Positions 13,443 to 26,406 of a DNA stretch of 64,000 nucleotides are shown here, piece by piece. The stretch is from the NCBI RefSeq assembly GCF_006345805.1, contig NC_043025.1, positions 8,928,001 through 8,992,000 of the forward strand, in the 5' to 3' direction. A program made the translations under genes and the position numbers. The stretch comes from Octopus sinensis (Eukaryota). Each line of letters opens with the position of its first letter. Positions within the stretch are counted from its first letter, which is position 1. The notes below the pieces were generated by a model. The model worked only from the letters and a program-made list of their open reading frames with translations, searched no databases and was not told the origin of the DNA.

Positions 13443-13809
13443 ACCTCTAATTTAGTTCTCGAATGTGGCTCCATGGAAAGTAAAATATTTACTGAGTGCG
13501 CGAAGAAAGCATTTCATTGTATAACAGGAAATACAATGTCCCGTATCACTTGACCCATTTCTCTTGAAGACTCCCTCGTCTTGAACACATTTAGAGCCCC
13601 ACTTTCCGAGAAAGAGTAGCATTTAGTTGTGAACCACATTGGCACATAAATTTCCATTATGTAAGTAAAAATTAATTTCATCGTTTTAGAAGAATTTTCG
13701 GTGGCGACATACAACTGTAGTATATGATTTGCAATTGCAAGCCATCAAGAATGCCCCATTTTACCGGGATTTCTGAATGCCATTTCGGACGGACATTTCT
13801 TTTCAGGAA

Positions 13810-14475
13810 GGTGGCGAGCTGGCAGAACATAGGCACAGGTGTGGCTGTGTGGTAAGAAGCTTGCTTCCCCCAACGGCGGCGAGCTGGCCGAAACATTAGC
13901 ACGCCAGATGAAATGCTTAGCGGTATTTCGTCTGCCGTTACATTCTGAGTTCAAATTCCGCTGAGGTCGACTTTGCCTTTCATCCTTTCGGGGTCGATAA
14001 ATTAAGTACCAGTTACGCACTGGGGGTCGATGTAATCGACTTAATCTGTTTGTCTGTCCTTGTTTGTCTCCTCTGTGTTTAGCTCCTTGTGGGTAGTAAA
14101 GAAATAGGTATTTCGTCTGCCGTTACGTTCTGAGTTCAAATTCTGTTGAGGTCGACTTTGCCTTTCATCCTTTCGGGGTCGATAAATTAAGTACCAATTA
14201 TGCACTGGAGTCGATGTAATCGACTTAATCCCTTTGTTTGTCCTTGTTTGTCTCCTCAATGTTTAGCCCCTTGTGGGTAGTAAAGAAATAGGTATTTCGT
14301 CTACCGTTACGTTCTGAGTTCAAATTCCGCCGAGGTCGACTTTGCCTTTCATCCTTCGGGGTCGATAAATTAAGTACCAATTATGCACTGGAGTCGATGT
14401 AATAACTTAATCCCTTTGTCTGTCCTTGTTTGTCCCCTCAATGTTTAGCCCCTTGTGGGTAGTAAAGAAATAAGG
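13810..14475 (+). mobile_element. SINE B with three tandem internal units
   Basis: Head followed by repeated gagttcaaattcc...aaagaaatagg units. Confidence 0.82.
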
Positions 14476-14847
14476 AATAGACTGGTGGATATCAAGAAGG
14501 TATTTTTGATCAGTGTTAAGATCGTTTCTGTCTACCGATGGTAAGCTCATTGGAATCTGATTAAATTTCACAGCACTTTGTGTTTCACATCGCTCCAGTC
14601 TCTTACCAACTGGCCCAAGAAATGCACGAGGCCCGGTAGATTTTCCGTTGAGATCATTAATAAGAGGGCGTAAGGAGAGCTCGCTAGTGTGGGGCGAACT
14701 CACAAACCAATGCAATGGCTTCTTCAGCTGTAAGGAGTGATTTTAATGATTTCAATAATTTATATTATGATTTTTATAATTGTATTCTTATCTTATATCT
14801 TATATGTATTGAATCATAATGTATATATGTATGCTATTAAGTTTCTC

Positions 14848-14927
<80 letters not shown>

Positions 14928-15008
14928 ATATATATATATGTTGAATCGTTAGCTCCTGCACGCATTTTTTCTCTCTCCTTGTTTCTCTCCATGTTTCTTT
15001 TCTGTGTA

Positions 15009-15046
15009 TCTTTCTGTTGAAGAGCGTAGGCTCGAAACGTAAAAGA
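15009..15046 (+). ncRNA. Degenerate hammerhead-like motif (sibling 42785-42822)
   Basis: TCTTT-CTGTTGA-A-GAGC-gtag-GCTC-GAAAC-GTA-AAAGA. Confidence 0.4.
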
Positions 15047-15142
15047 CTTGTTTTATTTCTATTCCTGAGCGCCATACTAATACAATTGTTTGTTTGTACT
15101 CCACCTGCCTTCGTCTTTTGTTTATTTTCGTAAAGCTTCCAG

Positions 15143-15206
<64 letters not shown>

Positions 15207-15613
15207 GTATGTATGTATATACAAGCAAGAGTCAGCACATAGATGTGAAACAAGGTGGAAAAAATAGTACTCGAATACCAGAGGTAGAGTTATGTGCTTT
15301 ATTAAAAAGCAGCAAAAATATCACAAAAACTGTTACTCAGAGTTTCACATAGCCATTTGACGGACAGTTTTGTTTAAAATGGAGCAAAAAATAAGGTTAT
15401 AAGCAAACAAATACAATTAGTTTAAAGGATACACATTTGAAAATGGTTTTAGTTTCATTGGTTCTTTTCAACTAACGATCTTTACATGTCTCCAGGTTGC
15501 ATACAATGAACAAATTTTGGTATAAAATCATCGAAGAAAACCTTAAATCAAAGATGCTTATAAAAGGACAGAGTCTAAATACCTAAGGTAAAATAATTAT
15601 TCGTAAGTGGCTA

Positions 15614-15780
15614 TAGGCGCAGGAGTGGCTGTGTGGTAAGTAGCTTGCTAACCAGCCACATGGTTCCGGGTTCAGTCCCACTGCATGGCACCTTGGGCAA
15701 GTGTCTTCCTCTATAGCCCCGGGCTGACCAATGCCTTGTGAGTGGATTTGGTAGATGGAAACTGAAAGAAGCCTGTCGTA

Positions 15781-15831
<51 letters not shown>

Positions 15832-16048
15832 GTGTGTTTGTGTGTCTGTGTTTGTCCCACTAGCATTGCTTGACAACCAATGCTGGTGTGTTTACGTCAC
15901 CGTCACTTAGCGGTTCGGCAAAAGAGACTGAAAGAATAAGTACTGGGCTTACAAAGAATAAGTCCCGGGGTTGATTTGCTCGACTAAAGGCGGTGCTCCA
16001 GCATGGCCGCAGTCAAAATGACTGAAACAAGTAAAAGAGTAAAGAGTA
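15614..16048 (+). mobile_element. SINE A, full copy
   Basis: Same consensus. Confidence 0.85.
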
Positions 16049-16249
16049 ATTAATACAGTAAAAGCTATATCCATTTAAAAAGATTTTCTTGTTGGATTAC
16101 ATATAGATTCAACAGCATATGCACATACTAAACCATCTATAATATACATATATACACTAAAACATACAGACGTATGTACATAGCTACATACATATAAAGA
16201 CATATATAGGCAAGGCATAAATATATATACAAATGCATATATATATATA

Positions 16250-16574
16250 TCTTTATGTATAAAATTGAAGTTGTGTGTGTGAGACTCTGTCTCCTCTGAT
16301 TTAGATTCCTAACTACTCCCACATTTTAGTTAGATTCCTAACTACTCCCACAGTTTAACCAAAAGCGTGTATCTTATAGTCGTCATTCATATCGAGCCCT
16401 TCTGGGTATTAGCGCGCGTCTACGATGAGTCTACGATTTAAAAAACAAATTTACCATCATTTTTCCGCATTTTTAATGATTTTAGCTCGGACTATATAAG
16501 GGAAGTAACTCTCTAAAAATGCTTATATAGTTATTTCCCTTACAAACCCGAGCAACGCTGGGTGATACTGCTAG
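16250..16574 (+). mobile_element. Non-autonomous Helitron (subfamily 2, short)
   Basis: a|tctttatgtataaaa ... cccgagcaacgctgggtgatactgctag|t. Confidence 0.8.
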
Positions 16575-16589
16575 TATATATATATATAT

Positions 16590-16644
<55 letters not shown>

Positions 16645-16879
16645 TATATATGTATATATAGTTAATCCAAACAAGAAAGCACAAAAAAACACAACAACGC
16701 AAGGACGTGGTACAAATATAGTATTATTGGACGCTCAGGAAGAAGGAAAGAAGGAGGGTTTAACGTTTCGAGCAGAGCTCTTCATCGGAAACATAGGAGA
16801 AGGAAAGATCCAGAGAAGGGATATATGTGTGTGTGTATATATATATGTGTGTGGTATATATATATTGTGTGTGTGTATG

Positions 16880-16926
<47 letters not shown>

Positions 16927-17384
16927 ATATATATAATTAAGAGAAATAGCCTCTATTAAGCATTTGAATTACCTAATAGAGGTTATTTCTCTTAATTCTA
17001 CACATATATTATATATTGTTTGATTTAGAATTGCTAAATTGAATTTTTCCCTGTAAGTTTGGAATTATATTCCCTACTATTATATATGCACGTGCACAAA
17101 ATCTCCTGGTGTATGTTTATACAAGTTAGTTGCTCTAGGTGAAAGAAAGAGAAGGAAGCATTAAGTATTGGGAGGAGGAAGAAAACAGAGGAGAAGAAGA
17201 AAAGAGAGAGAAACAGAAAACTAGCGAGAGAAAGGGGGGGGATGAAATAGATAGGGACGGTGAGTACTACATAATGGCATTTGCAGGTAAGCATCAGTGT
17301 TTAGATTTTTCATATAGCTTGTGCAACGAACACATAAAAACGCACACATAAAATTACATGTGTATCTACATAACTATAAATATC

Positions 17385-17682
17385 ACGTGATCACGTGACC
17401 GACCAGTCTATCAGATGTAGTTACACATCGCTGGTCACAATGCGCTTCACATTGTTTTAGCCTTCGAATGACGCCACCCCGCTGGCTAAGCGAGCAGGCC
17501 AACAGAAGAAAGAGTGGTGAAAGAGTACGGCAGGGATCACCACCACCCCCTGCCGGAGCCTCGTGGAGGTTTTTAGGCGTTTTCGCTCAATAAACACTCA
17601 CAACGTCCGGTCTGGGAATCGAAACCACGATCCTACGACCGCGAGTCCGCTGCCCGAACCACTGGGCCATTGCGCCTCCACA
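17385..17682 (-). mobile_element. tRNA-derived SINE family C (other copies 26790-27092, 34778-34945, 37563-37650, 38013-38340, 38853-39160, 56510-56803)
   Basis: Head ggaggcgcaatggcccagtggttagggcagcggac...ggtttcgattcccag with A and B boxes. Confidence 0.82.
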
Positions 17683-17940
17683 CATAACTATAAATATACA
17701 TACAAATATACACACATATGGATACATATACAAGTATACAAAAAATATATACGCAAATACATGCTTGCATAAATAAAAGTATACACACATACACATTTAT
17801 ATATGCATGCATATATATATATATATACACACACACACATGTATGCATACACACACATGTATATACATACAAATACATAGCTACAAGAAATACATTCACA
17901 TAAACATAAATATATTGAGACATATTTACATTATAACGTA

Positions 17941-18420
17941 TATCATCATCATCATCATGATCATCGTTTAATGTCCGTTTTCTGCACTAGCACGGGTTGG
18001 ACGGTTCGACCGGGGTCTGGGAAGCCAGGAGGCTGCACCAGGCTCCCGTCTGATCTGGCAGTGTTTCTACAGCTGGATGCCCTTCCTAACGCCAACCACT
18101 CCGAGAGTGTAGTGGGTGCTTTTTCGTGCCACCGGCACAGGTGCCTGGGGAGTCTGGCAGCAGCGACGATCAGTTGGTGCTTTTAACGTGCCACCGGCAC
18201 GGAAGCCAGTCAAGGCGACGCTGGCATCGGCCACGTTCGGATGGTGCTTTTTACGTGTCGCCGGCACAGAAGCCAGTCAAGGCGGCGCTGGCATCAGTCA
18301 CGTTCGGATGGTGCTTTTTATGTGCCACCGACACAGAGATCACAACTACTATTTCCATTGATATTTATTTCAATGTTCATGTACTTGACTCAATAGGTCT
18401 CCTCAAGCACAGCGGGTTGT
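17941..18420 (-). mobile_element. Family E repeat with (GAT)n tail and internal tandem repeats (others 24590-25200, 36140-36375, 54300-54790, 60676-60873)
   Basis: ggaagggcatccagctgtagaaac...catggaaaacggacgttaaac(gat)n; tail resembles RTE-type 3' ends (inference). Confidence 0.72.
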
Positions 18421-18935
18421 TCTGCAATCCAAGGTAATACAAGCAATTTAACAAAAAACTGCCCGGTGAGTATATTGATAATATTTAAATTATATGATAT
18501 AAAATATGAAATAATGAAATTAGACATTAATTTCATGTAACGTAATTAAATACGTGAGTAAAATAAAATAAAAAATAAACCTTGGCAAAGCTTAAGCTTA
18601 CAATTAAATTTATAAAAAAGCCTTGTGAGTGGATTTGGTAGAAACTGAAAGAAGCCCGTTGTATATATGTATATATATATATATATATGTGTGCGTGTAT
18701 GTTTGTGTGTCTGTGTTTGTCCCATCCGACATCGCTTGACAACCGATGCTGGTGTGTTTACGTCCCCGTCACTTAGCGGTTCGGCAAAAAGAGAACGATA
18801 GAATAAGTACTGGGCTTACAAAGAATAAGTCCCGGGGTCAATTTGCTCAACAAAAGGCGGTGCTCCAGCATGGCCGCAGTCAAATGAATGAAACAAGTAA
18901 AAGAAGAAGAAGAAGAATATCTACATTATAACATA

Positions 18936-20473
18936 CTAGCAGTATCGCCCGGCGTTGCTCGGGTTTGTAAGGGAAATAACTATATAAGCATTTTTAGAGA
19001 GTTACTTCCCTTATAGATGCCAATTCGGGCTTTCTTAGCCATTTCTGTTTTGGTGTCTTCAAGCCATGAAGTCGTTGTTCTAAAAGAACGCTGGTCTCCT
19101 TGACAACGCTTTACGACGTTGATTTCCTTACACTCCCTTCCCCACAGCTTCACGAGGGAGGGAAGAAGGGGGAGAAGCAAACAGGTGCAGGTGTGACCAT
19201 GGACGCCAACTCCGCCGCCATCGACACACGATGCATTTTATGCATTAAAATGGAATAAAAAATGATGTTAAATTATTTTTAAAATCGTAGACTCATCGTA
19301 GACGCTCGCTAGTAGCCAGACGGGCTCGATATGAATCACGACTATAAGATACCCGAATTTGGTTAAACTGCACCGCAAAATGTGGGAGGAGTTAGGAATC
19401 TAAATCGAAGGGGACAGACACTCACACAACTACAGTTTTATATATATAGATATATGCAAGCAATTTAAAAAAAAACTGCCCGGTGAGTATAATAATAAAA
19501 TTTAAATTATATGATATAAAATATGAAATAATGAAATTAGACATTAATTTCATGTAACGTAATTAAATACGTGAGTAAAATAAAATAAAAAATAAACTTG
19601 GCAAAGCTTAAGCTTACAATTAAATTTATAAAAAAGCCTTGTGAGTGGATTTGGTAGAAACTGAAAGAAGCCCGTTGTATATATGTATATATATATATAT
19701 ATATGTGTGCGTGTATGTTTGTGTGTCTGTGTTTGTCCCATCCGACATCGCTTGACAACCGATGCTGGTGTGTTTACGTCCCCGTCACTTAGCGGTTCGG
19801 CAAAAAGAGAACGATAGAATAAGTACTGGGCTTACAAAGAATAAGTCCCGGGGTCAATTTGCTCAACAAAAGGCGGTGCTCCAGCATGGCCGCAGTCAAA
19901 TGAATGAAACAAGTAAAAGAAGAAAAGAAGAAGAAGAAGAATATCTACATTATAACATACTAGCAGTATCGCCCGGCGTTGCTCGGGTTTGTAAGGGAAA
20001 TAACTATATAAGCATTTTTAGAGAGTTACTTCCCTTATAGATGCCAATTCGGGCTTTCTTAGCCATTTCTGTTTTGGTGTCTTCAAGCCATGAAGTCGTT
20101 GTTCTAAAAGAACGCTGGTCTCCTTGACAACGCTTTACGACGTTGATTTCCTTACACTCCCTTCCCCACAGCTTCACGAGGGAGGGAAGAAGGGGGAGAA
20201 GCAAACAGGTGCAGGTGTGACCATGGACGCCAACTCCGCCGCCATCGACACACGATGCATTTTATGCATTAAAATGGAATAAAAATGATGTTAAATTATT
20301 TTTAAAATCGTAGACTCATCGTAGACGCTCGCTAGTAGCCAGACGGGCTCGATATGAATCACGACTATAAGATACCCGAATTTGGTTAAACTGCACCGCA
20401 AAATGTGGGAGGAGTTAGGAATCTAAATCGAAGGGGACAGACACTCACACAACTACAGTTTTATATATATAGA
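18936..20473 (-). mobile_element. Two near-identical Helitron copies (18936-19450, 19960-20473) inside a ~1,023-bp tandem duplication
   Basis: actagcagtatcgcccggcgttgctcggg ... ttttatatatatagat in both copies. Confidence 0.85.
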
Positions 20474-20766
20474 TATATGCAAGCAATTTAAAAAAAAACT
20501 GCCCGGTGAGTATAATAATAAAATTTAAATTATATGATATAAAATATGAAATAATGAAATTAGACATTAATTTAATGTAATGTAATTAAATACGTGAGTA
20601 AAATAAAATAAAAAATAAACCTTGGCAAAGCTTAAGCTTACAATTAAATTTATAAAACAGTTGAAGGCTTTCTTAAAGATTAAGTCAAAATATATACATC
20701 ATTGTTGCGATGCAAAATAACCATACCATATAAAGTCAAATTCAAATGCGACAGTTGAAAGAATAT

Positions 20767-21174
20767 CTTTACTCTTTTACTCTTTTACTTGTTTCAGTCA
20801 TTTGACTGTGGCCCTGCTGGAGCACCGCCTTTAGTCGAGCAAATCGACCCCGGGACTTATTCTTTGTAAGCCCAGTACTTATTCTATCGGTCTCTTTTGC
20901 TGAACCGCTAAGTGACGGGGACATAAACACACCAGCACCGGTTGTCAAGCAATGCTAGGGGGACAAACACAGACACACAAACACATACACTTATATATAT
21001 ATACATATATACGACAGGCTTCTTTCAGTTTCCGTCTACCAAATCCACTCACAAGGCTTTGGTCGGCCCAGGGCTATAGCAGAAGACACTTGCCCAAGAT
21101 GCCACGCAGTGGGACTGAACCCAGAACCATGTGGTTGGTTAGCAAGCTACTTACCACACAGCCACTCCTGCGCC
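20767..21174 (-). mobile_element. SINE A, full copy
   Basis: Same consensus. Confidence 0.85.
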
Positions 21175-21588
21175 TATTTGAAATCCAAAATATTTTACCC
21201 ATCTCGGCATTTTGTCAGTTGATAGTTTAAATTTTGTGGTGTGCTTGCAGGAATTTAAGAGCTCGTGTCTCTGGTTCAAAGCGTTTTTATTCTGGTAACA
21301 ATAAAAAGCTTTTCTGAGAGGCAAAGATTACATTTCATAGGTCTTTTATAAGCTCCATTTCTGTATGCCGATGCTTTTTCTAGAGTTTTCCAGGTTACTT
21401 TGAAAGGACAGGAGTCATTCTCTTTCAATTCCCAGACATGCTTTGCAAGATTAGTCACTGTCCTGTTCTCAGGGTTATTGGAAAGAATTTCACTGGGAAC
21501 AGAATCGAGTCTTGAATGAATTTTCTGAAGCCCTTGTATATGTTTTATATTCTTGCGAGCCATCTATTTGTACCTTGACCCTATAAAC

Positions 21589-22155
21589 CAGTGCTTTTCA
21601 AACTTTTTGCTGGAGCGGAACCCCAAGGAAACATTTCACTGGCTCGAGGAACCCCTGTGAAATAATTTAATAGTCTTATGCATGGCTGTGTGGTAAGTAG
21701 CTTGTTTACCAGCCACATGGTTCCGGGTTCAGTCCCACTGCATGGCACCTTGGGCAAGTGTCTTCTACTATAGCTTCGGGCCAACCAAAGCCTTGTGAGT
21801 GGATTTGGTAGACGGAAACTGAAAGAAGCCCGTTGTATATATGTATATATATATATATGCGTGTGTGTGTTTGTGTGTCTGTGTTTGTCTCCCTAGCATT
21901 GCTTGACAAGCAATGCTGGTGTGTTCACGTCCCCATCACTTAGCGGTTCGGCAAAAAGAGGCCGATAGAATAAGTACTGGGCTTACAAAAGAATAAGTCC
22001 CGGGGTCAAGTTGCTCAACTAAAGGCGAATAAAAGGGTAAAGAGTAAGAGTATATCTGCACAGGAGACTTAAAAATTACTGCCGATTTTAGCAGTTTTGT
22101 AACTTCTTGCAGAACCCCTGCACTGTACTGGCGGAACCCTGGTTGAAAACCACTG
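21589..22155 (-). mobile_element. hAT (Charlie-like) MITE with perfect 8-bp TSD CTATAAAC, carrying a nested SINE
   Basis: TIR cagtgcttttcaa / ttgaaaaccactg; ctataaac at 21581-21588 and 22156-22163. Confidence 0.9.
21682..22050 (+). mobile_element. SINE A nested in the hAT MITE
   Basis: Same consensus; splits a MITE that is intact at 47963-48181. Confidence 0.85.
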
Positions 22156-23181
22156 CTATAAACAATACTGTTTTCAAGACATTTTCCTTCCAACAGACAG
22201 CAAGTCTCATCTTTGCAATTGCAATTCCTCAGATTAGATTCGGCACTGTAGTTGTCTGTAATAATTTTCAAGTCATACTGGCTAATAAAAGCTTTCTCCT
22301 ATTAAATATTCTATAGAACTTATGGCTAGATTGAAAATGCTTAAAGACTAATTTTAAGAATTCCCAATCTATATTAGTTTTTACAGCCATTTTAAATGCT
22401 GGATTAAACCACATAACTTTCCTAGTTCTAGTTCTACGTGTCGTATTATTGCTAGAATTAACTTGATTATACTGTATCTTCTCCGAGAATCTACTTTTCC
22501 TTAATGCATTATTGTAATATGGTGCAGCATTTTGAAATGCTGTCTCATCCGAAGAAATTGATGATATTCACATGTATACAGGATAACAATCAGCCAAAAC
22601 TTTCGCTATGCCGTCTCTCTTCTTTCATCTCTTTGTGGGGTTAATAATCTTAATCTTTGGTTACAGTTTCTCATTCAAACTACATAATAAGCAGAATTGT
22701 CGGATTAAGGCAGTAAGGTGTTTTCATGGAAATTTGGCTACTATTTCTACCAGGTCTAGCTACCAGGTAGAGGTCTGAACTTAATTTTCATTCTCATATT
22801 TGCATTTCAAAAATTTAACATTATCTTTTCCATAAATCAACTATCGTAAAAATATGCACACAACTCCATTTCATATATCTTCTTTCAATTTCTGATCTCT
22901 GCAAAATAAAAGTTTTACAAAGAGTTTTACAAAAATAGCGATTAATGTATAATTTCTTTCTATGATCATAATTAAATCAATTTTTTAATGATTAGACAGA
23001 GATCCAATAGAATAGCTCTCAGAAACAGACTACGTACAAATTCGTTCACCGCCACCTCCTTCCTTACTTTACTACTACTGCTGTTTTGAATAACACCATA
23101 TTATATTACAGATAACTTCCTCTATTTACATAATATCGAGGTCTCTTTCTTTCTTTTGTTGTCTTACCGTTTTTATCAGTA

Positions 23182-23224
<43 letters not shown>

Positions 23225-23402
23225 AAAAAAGAAGTTTGAAAATGCCACTATATTAGATAAATTTTAATTTTTACATGTTTCTTTCTTGAAGTAACGAACC
23301 TTATCAAAAAGATTTTTTTATAATAAAGATTATAATGGAATAGTTCATAATTGTTTCATACTTTCAATAGAGTCCATGCTATATACATTCAATTATTATC
23401 AT

Positions 23403-23450
<48 letters not shown>

Positions 23451-23505
23451 ATATATATACACACATATATATATATATATATTATAATATATATATATAT
23501 ATCTA

Positions 23506-23613
<108 letters not shown>

Positions 23614-23623
23614 CATATATATA

Positions 23624-23666
<43 letters not shown>

Positions 23667-24029
23667 TCAAAACACTTTGATTCAAATTTGTTTGAGTTTT
23701 AAGTTTGATGCTGTCCTCGGCCATTTTGAATTTGAAAAGAGAAGTTAATTGCTATTAACAGAAAGATACACAGAAAAGAAACACGGAGAGAAACAAGGAG
23801 AGAAAAAAATGCGTGCAGAAGCTATATATATACATATATATATATATATAAGTAGGTGAATGAATTATCCTATGTTTATTGTCAGCATGGAAAATTCGTT
23901 TAACCGAAACCTGATGAGAAGATTGCATAATGCACCCTTTATTCCTTCGGAATGAAAATATGCTGTCTTCGAAAAATGTGTCGAGAGTAAAGGAATTTTG
24001 TTAACATCTTCGTTCGACTCCATTCTTTC

Positions 24030-24094
<65 letters not shown>

Positions 24095-25423
24095 GAAAAA
24101 AAACCACATTTTATGAATTCAAAATGAACATTTAAATTACACCATCCAGGAAATTACATATATTAGAAAAATAAAAATTAAAATAACAATAAAATTTCAA
24201 TGATTAAGTAAATTGCAAAAAAATAATAAAAACATATATAATTGGTAGATTATAGTTTGGATTTATATTCCCTCAAATAATAATTATTATATATATATAT
24301 GTGAATAAAAAAATGGAGTTAACGCAGGTGTAATCAAATATTTTTACTTTCGACACATGTTTCGAAAATTCCACTGATACTATTCAAAAGATTTTTGCTG
24401 CCCTGGTAACTATTTATTTATTTATTTTCCGTGTTAATTGTTAACAAGGTAAAATACACTCATCTATTTATATATATATATATATATGATATAACAAGCA
24501 TAGGAAATTGTGAGATTGTCAATTATATTTCTCTATTTAATTTATTATTTGTAATATATATATACATATTTATATATATATATGTCGTTATCATCATCAT
24601 CATCATCATCATCATCTTCATTTAATATCCATTTTTCCATGTTAGTATGTTTTTGAGATTTTGACAGGAGCTGATCAGCTTTTCAGACTCCCTGTCTATT
24701 TTGGCGTGGTTTCTATGACTGGACGCCCTTCCAAATTCCAGTCACTCTACAGAGTGTACAGGGTGCTTTTATGCAGCACTAGCATGGGTGCTTTTTCCTT
24801 GGCACCAACACCCAGGGACCTACGGGATTAGGGATGCTCAGTTGGAGAGGGTTATAAGGGACAAGCCTGTATGCAAAGGTAGCTATGCTTTTACTTAGCT
24901 TGACATCATCATCATCATCATCATCATCGTTTAACGACCATTTTCCATGCTGGCATGGGTTGGACGGTTTGACTGAGGTCTGGAAAGCCAGTAGCTGCAC
25001 TAGGCTCCAATGTGATCTGGCAATGTTTCGACAGCTGGATGCCCTTCCTAATGCCAACCACTTCGAAAGTGTAGTGGGTGCATTTTATAAGGCATTTTAT
25101 AAGGCACCAGCCCCTACAAGCCTGTGAAATTAGGGATGCTCAGCTGGCAAGGGTTGCAAAGGATGAGCCTGCATGCAAGGGCAGCCATGCTTTTATTTAG
25201 CTTGATGTGTCTTTATATATACATATATACACACACAGGTTGCTTAGCCACATACCGAAAAATTAGAAATAGCAGTCAAGACTGTTTATTTCTATTTTCT
25301 ACAAATGGGATATGTCGTATGGGGAGTCCCATTTGTAGAAAATAGAAATAAACAGTCTTGACTGCTATTTCTAATTTTTCGGTATGCGGCCAAGCAACCT
25401 GTTGCCTGCCCCATTTTTTTATA

Positions 25424-25779
25424 TCTCTCTCTATATAAACGGCAGTTTGTCTGTGCGTTTTCTGTGTGTCTGTTTTCTCGTACCCTCACTCTGACCACGG
25501 CTTTCAACCGATTCTGATGAAACTTGACACACACATAGCCCAATGTCATAATTCAAAACTAACGCAGCGAAAATTTTGAAAAGTTCCCCCAGTTCTGAAA
25601 AAAATCGATAAATTCGACATGGGGTCGAGAATCAGAAAGCCAAACCACAGACGCAACTCCACCTTTTTAACTCTCAAAAAAATTTACCATCATTTTTTTT
25701 CCATTTTTTTGCTATTTTTTGGCTATAACTCTCTAAAAATGCTTTATAGTTATTTCCCTTACAACGGCGATACTGCTAG
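25424..25779 (+). mobile_element. Non-autonomous Helitron (subfamily 1), hairpin partly deleted
   Basis: a|tctctctctatataaacggcag ... gcgatactgctag|t; reverse complement of 9786-10159. Confidence 0.8.
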
Positions 25780-26051
25780 TACAATATATATACTGAACTT
25801 TACAGAGCTCCTACCATTAATCGGTTATATTTACATACCGAATTCTACCAGTAAATAATTGTTGGTTTTTTTAAAAACCATTATAGAAATTATTTACCCT
25901 TATTATTATATACACACACATATATATGCATGTATGTATATATTTATGCATCAATTGGATATATATTTTTAGTCTTATATTTATCTTTGTATCACTTGTC
26001 TTTTACCTGTTTCAGTCAGTGGATTGTGGCCATGCTGGGGCATTGCTGTGG

Positions 26052-26406
26052 TGATCTCATTCTTGCTCACAACATCATAAGCGGAAAGTGTAACCTCTCG
26101 AAAGAGCTGTTCTTCACTCCTGCTCCAGAGCGTCGGCTGCGGGGTCATTCCAAAAAGCTCTATCTGCGACGATTTCATCTCAATCGAAGGAGAGGGGCTT
26201 TCTCCATCCGGGTTGCGGATCCGTGGAATAAGCTGCCGGACGAGATGGTGAAGATGCCGACGACCGCTCGATTCAAAGACTCCCTTGACCACAAGTGGCC
26301 TGAACTCTTTACATGAACACCACCCTGTACATAACTCTATGTCCCCATACATGGCCTTGCTTTTTGCTTTTTGAGCCAAAAATTAACTAACTAACTAACT
26401 AACTAA
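26052..26406 (+). mobile_element. CR1 LINE 3' end with (TAAC)n tail
   Basis: RLRGHSKKL...RRGAFSIRVADPWNKLPDEMV...FKDSLD is the classic CR1 ORF2 C-terminus. Confidence 0.9.

Larger units (their letters stand above)
11740..14730 (-). pseudogene. Fragmented DNA-transposase-like pseudogene split by nested insertions
   Basis: Collinear minus-strand pieces: ELSLRPLINDLNGKSTGP...TDQKYLLDI (14730-14480), PGKMGHS*WLAIAN..LQLYVAT...YVPMWF...PVIQ (13790-13514), LPCHAQTVERCEKLVTEASS (12830-12552), SNVCGENS*DSFIRSRI (11830-11740); superfamily not assigned. Confidence 0.65.
21190..23060 (-). pseudogene. Decayed Penelope-like element (RT C-terminus, Cys-rich linker, GIY-YIG endonuclease), interrupted at 21589-22155
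   Basis: Minus strand: ISSISSDETAFQNAAPYYNNAL; RKVMWFNPAF...TNIDWEFLKL..KHF..SHKFYRIFN; CNCKDETCCLLEGKCLENSIVY; NLAKHVWELK...CNLCLSEK; LNQRHELLNSCKH - all characteristic Penelope motifs. Confidence 0.88.

Noticed and set aside
17139-17286. Possible exon ending ATGGCATTTGCAG|gtaagc
   Set aside because: Good donor but weak acceptor, purine-rich low complexity and only four codons after the ATG; no partner exon.
18451-18475. ctgcccg|gtgagt donor repeated three times
   Set aside because: No upstream acceptor; repeated only because of the tandem duplication.
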